From a virus: DNA of 64,000 nt. The notes beneath the pieces are model-generated. The model ran no database searches. It saw nothing but the letters and a program-made list of their open reading frames with translations, and was not told the DNA's origin. Shown here in pieces: positions 45,786 through 56,900 of this stretch. The stretch is taken from positions 1-64,000 of the IMG/VR virus record IMGVR_UViG_3300023116_000031, one strand, 5' to 3'. Each line of letters begins with the position of its first letter. Within the stretch, counting starts at the first letter, position 1. Position numbers and translations under genes: made by a program.

Positions 45786-47372
45786 ATGCGTAAGCTATTT
45801 TACATACTGGTCTGTATTGTTGCTGTTCTTCAACTCGGATCATTTATTAGCCTCAACCTTGGTGGCGGGACTAGTGCTGTGCCTAGAGAACAGGGTTTGC
45901 AAACTAATATAGAAGAACTTACTCGATTCCATGATCTCTGGGTTAATGAAGGCGGAACTGGACCTGTTACTACTGATCGTGGGTTACTGGCCACAGATGC
46001 GGGTGCCGCGAAAGATAGCTGGGCATATTCTATTGATGCTGGAGATTGGGAATGGGATTACATTCCAGAGCCAACATGCATTCCCGTTGGCGCGCTCGGG
46101 TTGGGCCCGGAATACGATCTTGATGGTGCTGCTTCAGACATTCTAGCCATGGCACTATACGGTGCTTTACTGGATATTAATTCACCCGGAACAGGAGATG
46201 CCTATTTTTCTGCTGTTAAGACACGCATATTAGAATTTACTAACATAACGGGATTTGGGGGAATTTTCGAAGTCCCTGAAGTAATGCTTCAAAATGGGTG
46301 TATTTTTGCAATTTCGTCTGCTATTCCGCAGATACTTGAAGCAGCATGGCTGATTGAGGAGGCTGGATATACTGAAACTAATGAATGGGAATCTTCCGAT
46401 CGACAGACTCTTGCTTTTTGGGCAGTAAATGTTGTGTTTCCACTTGCAAGTTTTGATGCTAGACAACGTAAAGAATATCAGGGAATTACTGGATTGGGTG
46501 CGACAATGGCTATCGCAGCATATTCTGTTGGTATACAAAATACAGGTATAGTTGAAACATGGGATGGCTATAGGACTACGCCGAATAACTGGCTGTTGCA
46601 ACCATCAACTGATCATTTACTAGAGTGGTTGGACAATTCTACAGGCCAGGCGAAAGGGATTCGAAATAGTGCGTGTTTTCAACAAAATCGTACTTTTGGG
46701 CTTCAGTCAAATGGTAGGTTCCCCGATGAAACTAGACAGGTGGAACAGAATACTTTTGGTATGCCTCCTTATGGTGGATTTATTGACGATAGTGGGAGAA
46801 CTCCTTTCCCATCCAACAACGTCGCTTCATGTGATTATGGGAGTCTTGGTGCGGTCGCGGGCGATCCGCTCGAAGATCCAAATGGAACCTGTAGCACACT
46901 TTCCGGGCAAATTACATCTGGATGCCTAAGTCATGTCCAATTTCAACAGTTGGCAACAAATTCTTTTGCTCGCACCTGTGAGATATTTCGACGGTTAGAC
47001 AAAGGCGGCGGCCGCTGTTTCGATTTAGACGTGCATAACCCAGGAGGCGGAACAACAGCACTAAATTCTGCTATTTTGTTTTCAACGACAGAACTTTTGG
47101 CAGCCGGAGATGTCCGGTACCGAACTTTTGGGCCATATCAAGATTTCTGGACACACGATGAACTTCAAGGATACATTCATGTTGCATCAACTTATTATGA
47201 CAACTATTGTTCATATATTGCTCTAACAGACGGAGATGTTCCTCTTCAGGGTGGGGATATGTATCCGTATACAAGAATCACACACAGAGACGGTGTAGCT
47301 CATGTCGGCCCTCTTTCTGCGGGATCGACTTGGGATTGCGCTACATGGGATAACACGTTATGGTCAAATTAG
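45786..47372 (+). CDS. Exported protein, possibly alginate-lyase-like (alpha/alpha) fold
   Basis: N-terminal signal or anchor; helical pattern AL...AY...EAAWL...W...D...L..W, and G.FPDE.R; many Cys. Confidence 0.45.
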   Translation: MRKLFYILVCIVAVLQLGSFISLNLGGGTSAVPREQGLQTNIEELTRFHDLWVNEGGTGPVTTDRGLLATDAGAAKDSWAYSIDAGDWEWDYIPEPTCIPVGALGLGPEYDLDGAASDILAMALYGALLDINSPGTGDAYFSAVKTRILEFTNITGFGGIFEVPEVMLQNGCIFAISSAIPQILEAAWLIEEAGYTETNEWESSDRQTLAFWAVNVVFPLASFDARQRKEYQGITGLGATMAIAAYSVGIQNTGIVETWDGYRTTPNNWLLQPSTDHLLEWLDNSTGQAKGIRNSACFQQNRTFGLQSNGRFPDETRQVEQNTFGMPPYGGFIDDSGRTPFPSNNVASCDYGSLGAVAGDPLEDPNGTCSTLSGQITSGCLSHVQFQQLATNSFARTCEIFRRLDKGGGRCFDLDVHNPGGGTTALNSAILFSTTELLAAGDVRYRTFGPYQDFWTHDELQGYIHVASTYYDNYCSYIALTDGDVPLQGGDMYPYTRITHRDGVAHVGPLSAGSTWDCATWDNTLWSN

Positions 47373-48409
47373 ACGAAGTATATAAGAACTCAGGGCTTGG
47401 TAAATGGTTCCACAAGCAATCTGCTGGTGGAGAGCCTGGATGGGATCGATACAACAGCAAAGGCGAGAAAGCTGGAAAGTGCGGTGACAGCAAGCCAGGT
47501 GAGCCTTATGCTGCGTGTCTATCCAAGCAGAAAGCAGCCAAGCTAGGAAAGAAGGGTGTCAAGTCCTTTGTTTTACGCAAGCGAGCAAAGCAGCGCGAGC
47601 TAGGCAAAGGAAAGAAAGATATTAGTGGTAAAGGAAACAAGCCTATCAATGTAAAGACAGGCGTGACGGACAAAGATCCTAACAAGAGAGGAATACAAGA
47701 AATGAGTAAGTCATTCGACGATTTTCGCACGGAACTACAAGAGAAGAATGTTCCTACAAACCCTAAGTTGTGGTCTTCTGTTCTCGCAACGACCCGTTCA
47801 AAGTTTGATGTGTATCCTTCAGCATATGCTAACGCATGGGCAGCAAAGGAATATAAGAAGAAGGGTGGAGGCTGGCGCAAGTCCAAGGGTAAGGTGGACG
47901 AGGCGATTATGGTCGCTCTTGACGAGAAGTCTGCGGCAGATAAGCTCAAGGCGCACATGAAGGCTGGCGAGAAGTATCGAAGGAAAGATGGAGATCGCAG
48001 AAAGGGTCCAATTTTCCGACCAATGAGTGATAAAGAGAAGGATGAGCGTATTGCTCATACCAAGCGAGAAATCCAGCTTCGGAAGCAGGTTGAGCGAGAG
48101 CGAGCAAAGCGACGTAACGAAGAGGTCGAGCAGGTTGACGAGAAGTCTGCTGCGTGGCAACGCAAGGAAGGCAAGAATCAGGAAGGTGGTCTGAACGCAA
48201 AGGGTCGTGCTTCATACGAACGCGAGAATCCCGGCAGCGATCTGAAAGCTCCCGTTTCCGCAGCGCAAGCAAAGAAGAGCAAGGGTGGAAAGGCTGCGAA
48301 GCGTCGCAAGTCATTCTGCGCTCGAATGGGTGGAATGCCCGGACCAATGAAGGATGAGAAAGGTCGCCCAACACGCAAGGCACTTGCTTTGAGAAAGTGG
48401 GATTGTTAA
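47360..48409 (+). CDS. Basic modular head-associated protein
   Basis: Contains GL.KWF, FDVYPSAYAN.WA..EYKK.GG.W and GKN..GGLN.KGR...RKSFCARM...LRKWDC modules, linked by EEVEQVDE. Confidence 0.65.
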   Translation: MVKLDEVYKNSGLGKWFHKQSAGGEPGWDRYNSKGEKAGKCGDSKPGEPYAACLSKQKAAKLGKKGVKSFVLRKRAKQRELGKGKKDISGKGNKPINVKTGVTDKDPNKRGIQEMSKSFDDFRTELQEKNVPTNPKLWSSVLATTRSKFDVYPSAYANAWAAKEYKKKGGGWRKSKGKVDEAIMVALDEKSAADKLKAHMKAGEKYRRKDGDRRKGPIFRPMSDKEKDERIAHTKREIQLRKQVERERAKRRNEEVEQVDEKSAAWQRKEGKNQEGGLNAKGRASYERENPGSDLKAPVSAAQAKKSKGGKAAKRRKSFCARMGGMPGPMKDEKGRPTRKALALRKWDC

Positions 48410-49663
48410 GTGGAATCATTCCGCCAATATATTGTTGAAGAGAAGGGGCAAAAGAACCTTCATATGACTCATTTGGAAGAGCTTATTCTTCTGAATGGGG
48501 TGACTGGCGGTCGTGATTCGATCAACTTTCTGCGTTCGGTTCGAGACATGCTAGCCGGGCAGAGCAAGAAATCAGTCAACATAACAGTCAAATGGGATGG
48601 CGCACCTGCGATTTTTGCTGGCATTGATCCAGAAGACGGAAAGTTTTTTGTTGGAACCAAAGGAGTGTTCAACAAGACACCCAAGTATGTCAAATCGAAA
48701 GCTGATCTGTCACAATATGGTTCTGGATTACAGGACAAATTGAGTATCGCATTTGATGAACTCAAAAAGATGAATATACCAAAGGGAATTGTTCTTCAAG
48801 GTGACATGCTGTATGGGCCTGGTGATTTAGAAGAGAAAGACTTTGATGGTGTGAGTCATGTGACATTTACTCCGAATACGATCACATATGCTATTCCAAG
48901 CAATTCTGCTCTGGCCAAGCGAGTGAAGAAAAGTAAAATAGGAGTCATCTTTCATACCACATATACGGGTGACACGCTACAGGACATGACAGCCTCATTT
49001 GGTGCTGATGTGTCTAAGCTACGAAGAACGGGTAGTGTGTTTTTTGATAACGCAGACTATCGTGACGTATCAGGAACAGCTACACTGACAGCGAAGGAAA
49101 CAACTGAAGTCACTCGTTATCTGTCTCGTGCGGGAACAGTATTTCAAAAGATTCCCGGGCCAGCTCTACGAAAGTTTCTGACGTTTCAGCAATCGTTGTC
49201 TGGATCGGTTTCTGGAGCTTCTTTTGCCACATATACCAATAGTCTGATTCGTCAGGGCAAGACGATTACAGATCCGCGTAAGCATACCAGAGAATATAGA
49301 GAGTATTTCAAGAACTACTGGGAGACGAAGGTGATTGCGAAGGTGAAGAGCCCCGCGAAGATCGAAGAGAAGCGTCGGCTCCTGAAGGAGCATTTGCGGG
49401 CTATTGCGGAGATCGAAGTTACCCTACGAAGTGTCATTGAGTTTCAAATTAACATCATGGCAGCAAAGAATATGTTGGTAAGAAAACTCAACACTGCTGG
49501 AGGAATGGCGAGAACCTTTGTGAAGGTGAATGACGGCTATCGTGCGACTACACCAGAAGGATTTGTTGCGATTGACAGAATGAGCGGAAACGCAGTTAAA
49601 CTTGTGGATAGACTGGAGTTCTCTCATCTCAACTTCACAGTAGCCAAGAATTGGGACAAGTAG
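48410..49663 (+). CDS. Conserved T4-like protein (DUF6267-like, ligase-fold motif)
   Basis: KN.HMTHLE, TVKWDGAPA, FFVGTK, QGD, PEGFVA, KLVDRLEFS; begins ESFRQYIVE. Confidence 0.75.
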   Translation: MESFRQYIVEEKGQKNLHMTHLEELILLNGVTGGRDSINFLRSVRDMLAGQSKKSVNITVKWDGAPAIFAGIDPEDGKFFVGTKGVFNKTPKYVKSKADLSQYGSGLQDKLSIAFDELKKMNIPKGIVLQGDMLYGPGDLEEKDFDGVSHVTFTPNTITYAIPSNSALAKRVKKSKIGVIFHTTYTGDTLQDMTASFGADVSKLRRTGSVFFDNADYRDVSGTATLTAKETTEVTRYLSRAGTVFQKIPGPALRKFLTFQQSLSGSVSGASFATYTNSLIRQGKTITDPRKHTREYREYFKNYWETKVIAKVKSPAKIEEKRRLLKEHLRAIAEIEVTLRSVIEFQINIMAAKNMLVRKLNTAGGMARTFVKVNDGYRATTPEGFVAIDRMSGNAVKLVDRLEFSHLNFTVAKNWDK

Positions 49664-49692
49664 AGTTACCGTAACACATAAATAGAGACACT

Positions 49693-50067
49693 ATGGCAAA
49701 AGACCTGTCTGAAATGCGCGAGGAGCTACAAGAAGCCCTAACGACTGCTCAACGAATGAAGCGGCGAATGGTGTTCCGTCGGTCAAAAGCCAGAATCAAG
49801 ATAGCACGAGAACGCGCCCAGAAGAAACTCGCACCAAAAGAAAAGCTAGAAAAGCGAGCAATGAAGCAGGCTAGAAAGAAGATCGAGATGAAAATTCTTG
49901 GAGGTAAGAAAAAAGACGATCTTCCGTTTGCAGCACGAACCGCGATTGAAAAGAAAGTGGATCAGCGATCTGCTGCTATTAAGCGCCTAGCAAAACGAAT
50001 GTTTCCTGGCGTCCGAAAAGCTGAACTTGAGAGACTTCAAGCATATCGGAGAGGTGGACCAAAATGA
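49693..50067 (+). CDS. Basic conserved T4-like late protein
   Basis: ATAAATA at 49678; LQEALT..QR.K pattern. Confidence 0.65.
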   Translation: MAKDLSEMREELQEALTTAQRMKRRMVFRRSKARIKIARERAQKKLAPKEKLEKRAMKQARKKIEMKILGGKKKDDLPFAARTAIEKKVDQRSAAIKRLAKRMFPGVRKAELERLQAYRRGGPK

Positions 50068-50921
50068 GTACCGCAGTAGTCACATTCGGTCGATTTAATC
50101 CTCCTCACATTGGGCACAAGCTCGTGGTGGATACGGTCAAGAAGATCGCAAAGAAAGAGAAAGGAACGCCTTTGGTGTTTCTTTCCCACACTCAGAATCA
50201 GAAGAAAGATCCTCTGACATATGATCAGAAAATCAAGTTTGGAAAGTCTTTTTTCGGTAACGTAATACAAAAGACGAATGCGAAGAACATCGTTCAGATT
50301 GCTCAGGAACTCGATGACAGCTATGATAATCTCGTGATGGTTGTGGGCGCAGATCGTGTCAAAGAATTTGATAATATGCTTCAGAGATACAACGGAAAGG
50401 ACTTTGACTTCGACAGTGTAAAAGTCATTTCCGCAGGAGAGCGAGATCCAGACGCAGATGATGTAACCGGAATGAGTGCGTCAAAAATGCGAAAGCTCGC
50501 TGCTGATGACAACTTTGCCGAGTTCAAGAAGGGTGTTCCGAAGGCAACTATGGCTCGTGCGCTGTTTGATGCAACTCGACAGGGAATGAGAGTTAATGAG
50601 AGATTTGAAAAGGATGGTGTATTTGATCTAATTGAAGCTCTTGAGGAGCGAGAAGATTGGGACGATCTTACCGAAGATATTATAAATAACAGACGATTCA
50701 ACTCACTTTTGAGATTTGGTCTTGTTGCAGATCGAGATATTCCGATTACAAAAAGAGCTTTCTCTGACTTGAAACGAGCAAATGTTGACTGGACACTGAG
50801 GGACATGGTGTTTCAGGTAACACAAACTATGGCCGATTACATTTTAGAGGATGATCTACTCTACAACAGATTACTGTTACTCGTTCAGCGAGATCAGTTC
50901 TTCAATAATAAAAAAGACTAG
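50064..50921 (+). CDS. HxGH nucleotidyl/cytidylyltransferase
   Basis: FGRFNPPHIGH, VVGADR, SAGERDPD, GMSASKMR. Confidence 0.85.
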   Translation: MSTAVVTFGRFNPPHIGHKLVVDTVKKIAKKEKGTPLVFLSHTQNQKKDPLTYDQKIKFGKSFFGNVIQKTNAKNIVQIAQELDDSYDNLVMVVGADRVKEFDNMLQRYNGKDFDFDSVKVISAGERDPDADDVTGMSASKMRKLAADDNFAEFKKGVPKATMARALFDATRQGMRVNERFEKDGVFDLIEALEEREDWDDLTEDIINNRRFNSLLRFGLVADRDIPITKRAFSDLKRANVDWTLRDMVFQVTQTMADYILEDDLLYNRLLLLVQRDQFFNNKKD

Positions 50922-50930
50922 GAGATAACT

Positions 50931-51785
50931 ATGTTTGGGAAGAAACCTGTTTCAAATTCGCTGATTGACGCAGTGAAGAGTGTCGTATCGGCAACGCAAG
51001 AAGACGCTGCTGGTGTTCAGATCGAGGCTGGAGAAGCTGTATATGTTATTGAGGGTGCCTATGAAGGAAATTCTGGAAAGATTTTAGAGTTTCCTACGGC
51101 TGGTAAAGCACTCGTTCAGCTCGATCATGGTCGCGCAGTTCCAATTACCAATGATAGCTTTGTTTGTGAACATACGATTGAATTATTTGAGGCAAAGAAG
51201 CTCGATCCAGTTGGTCAGGAAGACGATGACGTTGACAACGACGGTGATTCTGATGAGTCGGATGAGTATCTAATGAAGCGCCGAAAGGCAATCAAGAAGG
51301 CCATGAAGGAAGGAAACTGCGGTTGCTGTGACGGTGAGTGCCAGTGTTCTGCTGATTGCTCTGATTGTGACTGTAACGAAGAAATCGAGCAGGTTGACGA
51401 GCTAAAGGTTTCCACAAAGATTCGAGCAGCAGCACAACGCGCGGCTGATGCCTCCGGCGATCGTATTGATGCTCGGTGGGCTACCACCGATTCGGGCGCG
51501 AGAGATGCGGAAAAGTCAGCCGTAAAGAACCAACGCTCGGCTGATAAGATGCGAAGTCAGATTGCAAAGAAGCACGGAGAGCGAGCAGCTAAGGGTGTCG
51601 ATAACCTCGCCAATATCCGATCTGGTAAGAAGATGTCACATTCGCGTGTGAGAAACTCTCAGAAGTCTGACAGTCTTGCGAATCGACCAAGCACAAGCAT
51701 CGCCAAGAGTGGAGAGCGCAAGGGTAAGATTACGCGAGCAAGCGCAGAACGGCTCAAGTCCGCTATTCGTAATCGACGAAAGTAA
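50931..51785 (+). CDS. Modular head-associated protein
   Basis: LDPVGQEDDDVDNDGD.D.SDEYL..RRKAI motif, a Cys cluster, EEIEQVDE and a basic tail. Confidence 0.6.
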   Translation: MFGKKPVSNSLIDAVKSVVSATQEDAAGVQIEAGEAVYVIEGAYEGNSGKILEFPTAGKALVQLDHGRAVPITNDSFVCEHTIELFEAKKLDPVGQEDDDVDNDGDSDESDEYLMKRRKAIKKAMKEGNCGCCDGECQCSADCSDCDCNEEIEQVDELKVSTKIRAAAQRAADASGDRIDARWATTDSGARDAEKSAVKNQRSADKMRSQIAKKHGERAAKGVDNLANIRSGKKMSHSRVRNSQKSDSLANRPSTSIAKSGERKGKITRASAERLKSAIRNRRK

Positions 51786-51797
51786 AGGAGAACTAAA

Positions 51798-52478
51798 ATG
51801 CCTAACTGGACAGGAAATTCAGCACCAAATTGGTTTAAGGATTTGTCTGATAGTCAATCCGCAGATCGGCCTAATCATCCAAATGGACCGATTGGTGATC
51901 TTTATTTGGATGCTCGTGGGTGGGTACGAGAAGTATCATACACCGATCAACACGGTCGCAGCCGAACAAAAGAAGAAGTTGTCATTGCAGACCGACAAGC
52001 ACAGTCAGAGAGCGGAACCGTGTTTGTTACAGACATTCGTGTTGCGAATGCTGCTGACTTTACAACCACACCTCCTACCGCTGCCGCGGCTGCTAGTGGC
52101 TCCGGTACTAAGTGGGTGATTACATTCAATCAGCCAGTTGCTACTGGAGGGAGTACCACATTTACATGGGGTGGATCAGCAGACGATGGGCCAGGAACCG
52201 TGACTGCATTTGAGGCTACTTATGTATCAGGAAATTTGACAAATCAAATTACAGTCGAATATGATACAAGCACATTTGCTGCTACTAGCCCCGTTGGTCT
52301 GACTGGTGTATGCACGCTTGGTGTTGATGCCTATGATACTTCTGCGGAAGCAGCCATATCATCCGCAACTGTAAAAAATATTCCTGCTGGATCTGATATT
52401 ACATCGTATGCTACTGGTGTTGTTGCATCTACCGTAACATTTGTTGATGGAGCAACAGCTAACGTCGTTGTTGGATAA
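51798..52478 (+). CDS. Virion structural/decoration protein
   Basis: GWV...YTD.HG..R.K.E motif of T4-like structural proteins, followed by an Ig-like T/A/G-rich domain. Confidence 0.65.
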   Translation: MPNWTGNSAPNWFKDLSDSQSADRPNHPNGPIGDLYLDARGWVREVSYTDQHGRSRTKEEVVIADRQAQSESGTVFVTDIRVANAADFTTTPPTAAAAASGSGTKWVITFNQPVATGGSTTFTWGGSADDGPGTVTAFEATYVSGNLTNQITVEYDTSTFAATSPVGLTGVCTLGVDAYDTSAEAAISSATVKNIPAGSDITSYATGVVASTVTFVDGATANVVVG

Positions 52479-52489
52479 GGAGCATAGCT

Positions 52490-52936
52490 ATGCGCGCGTT
52501 TATTACAATGTTGATCGTGCTGTTGATGACAGCTCCAGTGTTTGCAGCAGATTATACCAAAAAGGTTCCAACCAACAAGTGTTCGGCTCCTGTTAGTATC
52601 ACAGACGGAGACAACTGGTATTGGGATATTGGTTATTCATCAAACGCTGAAGCTGCTCCTGTTTCTGTTTTTCTTGATCACGACATCGGCGATACTTCGA
52701 TTTCAGCTCAGAGATTGACTCTTTACGCCTGTTTAACTGCTGAAGATGCCAATAGTTGTATTGCTCTTCAGTGGGACTCCGATGCTGATGGTGTCCCAGA
52801 TACCAATGTCATGGGTGCGACTGCTGCGTTGACGGATACTGGTGTGACAGGAATCAGTGGATTCCCATATCTTCGTATTGAAGAGACAGGCACAGTAGAT
52901 TCAAATGCAAGATATGTTGTTTGTAGGGGATTTTAG
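52490..52936 (+). CDS. Secreted Cys-containing protein
   Basis: Signal peptide MRAFITMLIVLLMTAPVFA; four Cys. Confidence 0.6.
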   Translation: MRAFITMLIVLLMTAPVFAADYTKKVPTNKCSAPVSITDGDNWYWDIGYSSNAEAAPVSVFLDHDIGDTSISAQRLTLYACLTAEDANSCIALQWDSDADGVPDTNVMGATAALTDTGVTGISGFPYLRIEETGTVDSNARYVVCRGF

Positions 52937-52957
52937 TATAGCATACATATCTACATT

Positions 52958-53347
52958 ATGGCAGATGACTTGAATGATAACACGATTGATATGTATATGC
53001 TTAGATCATACATGAACCCTCAATGTATTGGCATTGAGGAATATAATGATGATGTGAGTCGTATTAAGTATATCAAAAGGTTACTAAACAGGTATGCCAC
53101 AAATGGAGAGTTAAAAGAACAACTACTATTGAATCATGTGATTATCATATACAATGTGTTTGGTGTGATTCCAGCCACTAGAATATTGTTCTATAATATA
53201 CAGGAGGAACACTGGTCAGCACTTAAAACGATTATGGTGTTTCTTCAAACTATGCCTGATGTAGTAAGAGGCATCAAAGGTAGGGACATTTTAGACTCGG
53301 ACATTGCGGTTGATTTAGAGATCGCAAGGAGATTGCGAGAAATATGA
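52958..53347 (+). CDS. Conserved T4-like hypothetical protein
   Basis: Y.NPQC...E...D..RIKYIKRLL.RY...GELK..L.LNH.I..YNVFG. Confidence 0.75.
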   Translation: MADDLNDNTIDMYMLRSYMNPQCIGIEEYNDDVSRIKYIKRLLNRYATNGELKEQLLLNHVIIIYNVFGVIPATRILFYNIQEEHWSALKTIMVFLQTMPDVVRGIKGRDILDSDIAVDLEIARRLREI

Positions 53348-53697
53348 AATCATTTGAAGAACTACGAGAAATGATGGGTATGGGTGGAGGAGGCATTGCT
53401 GGGTCTGCTGAAGCTGGTGATGATCCACCAGTCCGAAAGAAGGATCAAGCAAAGCTGATTCGTCGCAACAGATTTATGAAGAATGAGGTATTTGAAGTTC
53501 CTGCTGATGTGTATAATCGTATTCTACGCCCCAAGTTCAATTCAGAGAGATTCAACTCTATTGTGGGAGCAGATGAGATTGGAGAAGCGATTCGTCAGTA
53601 TGCCAAAGACAACCCAGGTAAAGGCATTCTAGTTCAATGTGAAAATACTGGGTGTATGACATGGTTGAGACTACCTCGCGTAAGGAAGGCTAAATAG
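53344..53697 (+). CDS. Conserved T4-like protein with a cleavage-like N-terminus
   Basis: MKSFEELRE; IAG....GDDPPV; IR.YA..NP.K.I..Q...TG.M..LR. Confidence 0.65.
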   Translation: MKSFEELREMMGMGGGGIAGSAEAGDDPPVRKKDQAKLIRRNRFMKNEVFEVPADVYNRILRPKFNSERFNSIVGADEIGEAIRQYAKDNPGKGILVQCENTGCMTWLRLPRVRKAK

Positions 53698-53698
53698 C

Positions 53699-53944
53699 AT
53701 GTGGGAAACAATTATTGGTGGAGTAGTTACTTTAGTTGTCGGATTATTCGGTATCTGGTGGAAAAATAGAAGCGACAAGACAAAGCAAGAAGAACTCGGC
53801 GAACAGAGAATTTCTAATCTGCACCATCAGAAAAATGCAGCAGCCAAGAAAGCTGCCGACAAAAGACTCGGACAGGATTTACCCGAAGGGAAGGAGTTAA
53901 TAGATGCGCTGGAAGAAGACGCTCGCCGCTCTGGTCGCGATTAG
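53699..53944 (+). CDS. Putative i-spanin-like protein
   Basis: N-terminal TM followed by a helical charged domain; CTAAATA at 53690. Confidence 0.45.
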   Translation: MWETIIGGVVTLVVGLFGIWWKNRSDKTKQEELGEQRISNLHHQKNAAAKKAADKRLGQDLPEGKELIDALEEDARRSGRD

Positions 53945-56900
53945 TATATCTGGATTAGCATATGCTGGACAGTTAACTCCCGGTACCGACACTACAACAT
54001 TTACTTCAGGTACCAATATTAGTTCATCTGAAGTTAATACTAACTTTAACAATATCATTAATGATGGAGTGAATGACAACGCCACTGATATTAATAATCT
54101 GACTAACCGAGTTGTTGTTCTTGAACCTCAGGTTATAACTGTTGCATCATCAAATATAGTCCCCATAACAATAAACTCATTCCACACAATTACTGGTAAT
54201 ACAGAAATCAAAAATTTTGTTGTGGCAGCTAACGCCGCGCCTGAGGCGGGTTCAAAATTTACAGTTAAATTTCAAAACAATATTGTTTTGGCTCACGATG
54301 ATTCGAGTGTTCAGGCCGCCGGCCGGCTTTCTCTTCTTGGTTCAGCGGATACTGAATATCTCGCAGGCGACATTGTTGAATTTATATCGGACGGAACAAT
54401 TCTATATGAAATTCCCCAAGCGCCGAGAGATTTCATCTTCGGAAATATTGACCCCGACCCCAACTCAATCAAGTCGATGCACACTATGACAACTATTGCT
54501 TCTAGGGATGATGGATATATCGACAATTTTAGACTTGAATCTCCATATCACGCGAGAACGACCGCGATTACTTCACGATGGGCAATAGATGGTGAGAAGG
54601 TTTATTGTACCGCAGCCGGCTGGCCAACTACGAGAACAGAGACAGGCTGGAACTTAAACACAGCGAAGCCTTGGAAGGAGTGCCCAGCTACAAACGAAAG
54701 CGGTACAATTAGTTTCCCAGCAACGCTCAAAACAAAGACGACTGCACTCAACCTGGATCATACGAATGCAACAGCGAGTGAGGCTCATGCTCTGGCAATC
54801 CAGCTTTGGTCTGCTGGTGATACTGATCCCAATGGTGTTCACCTCAACCTCTGGCTTGGAGGTGGATCTCAAACTGGTGGGGACGAGGGACCAAACATTA
54901 TGCGTCTGACAGTGGACGACTCCACTCATACGCCATCAGGATATACTGTTGTTCCTGCCACTGTTTCAGGGTTGGACCCTGCTACGCTCGTAACGCTTAA
55001 TGTAGTAAATAGCGGCGGCGGCGACGCGGTGATGGGAGAAACAGCAACGAAGGGTGTCGGTGAAGGGAGACTTATTGTCTTCAAGCCAAGCGGGGGATAC
55101 ATCACCTCGACAGGAAATACCATTCAGCCTCCAGGTACAACCTCTGGTGGCGCGCCGTATGCTATAGATCAAACGGAACCTATTCCACAGGACAGGTTAC
55201 CCTATGCTCAAGGTTCGTTCCCTCCCCTCCGAGGCCAATCAGGAGGATATGGAGGGCATGATGGATGGTGGTACATCACTGGAGCAGATCCAACCGGATG
55301 GGCATCAGTTGAAGTGGGTTGGTGTGTAAAGGATGATCTTTCCGATTACACACCGGCGGTTGCATATGTTCCGCTCGACGGCAGCTTGGGCTATGAAGAC
55401 TCAGCTCAATGGCTTTACATCAGGGATGTGGGAACCTGGGACGACAACGGAACAACACGACCAAGGTTCAGAACAGAATGGTTCTCGCAGAGTCGAGACT
55501 ACCACTATCCATCAGGAACACTTTGGGGAGGTAACTATACATTCGCTCCGTGCGCGCATGTTGTGAATCCAATCTATAGTGACACGAACCCGAGTCAAGT
55601 TACGTCGATAGAAGTGTTCAAAGAGACAAGCTGGAGTAGTAGTAGTGGTGTTGTTGAGTTCTATGTACCTTCATATGGTGACATGCCATTCCAAGGTATT
55701 ACACTCACATTCAACTCCAAGCTGGGCTCGGGCAATAACGGAACAGGACTGGAGCTTATTCAGCTTCTCGGAAATTCAGGCCCTGGCACGGTGCAACCGA
55801 CCCGATCTGGTCGATATGCGATGGGAACAGGCCTCAGGATGACCACATCAGGTGGGGCCTATAATGGAGAAATTCAGGTCATAAACAACTCACTCAAGGA
55901 CGGAAAGTATCACCCGTGGGATAGAGGAGTTGAGTGTGATTTAGGAGCCTGTAGGATTGGGATCGACTACGACTACTACGATTATCATCAAACGTCGGGT
56001 TCTACGGTGATCTCAATTACTCCGCCGGACAATCCTGCGAAGGCCTTCGGAGGCGCACAAAACTGCGGAAACGGAGGGCTTGATGTGCCCGGCGGCGCGC
56101 CGGCCGGCGGCGGATCTTGGGGAACGGGTGATGGTCTGCTTGAAGCATGTTGGGGCAATGGATACGGAACCTCAAACTACATGAACGTGGTTGACGTAGA
56201 AGGACATACCGAGCTGGATCTTCGACTGACTCGTGTTGGATGGGGAACGGGACGAGGATACTTCCCCGTCATTGGAAAATCTGTATCGGCCGTGGCGCCT
56301 GGCGCAGCCAAGGATGGTCAGGCTGTGGTCTGGGATGATACAAATCAGTATCACGAATACGCTCCGATTCTTGATCTTACAGCTCTGGAAACAGGCATTC
56401 AAAGTGATTACGTTATCAAGTGGAATGGCGCAAATTGGACAGCAGCCCCGGATGCTGGTGGATTGGGATCAACGACGGTCGCGGGAATGTCGGATACTAC
56501 TATCGCATCTCCATCGGCGGGAGAGGTGTTGTTATACAATGATGATACCAACACCTGGAAAAACGAAAAGTCTTTGGTCCCAAGGCAAACATTCGCCGGG
56601 TCCTCGGGCGTGACGCAACCCTCTACATACGCAACCGCTGTTGTGTATGACGTATCGTTAGCACCGGCTGAAACGGGATTTGGACGAAAACATAAAGTGA
56701 CATTCAATAACTTGTATCACAATACAAATGGCAATTTTCAGAAGATCGGAATCGAACTCAGTAGTGATGGCGGAGCTAATTGGATCAACTCCGGTCTTTA
56801 CTACAACTTCATTACACAAAAGGCAAACGGGCTCTTCACCGGAAGTGCTGGGTTCGGTTCAAATGCGACCCAAGTATACATTCAAACCGAAGGCTCTGGG

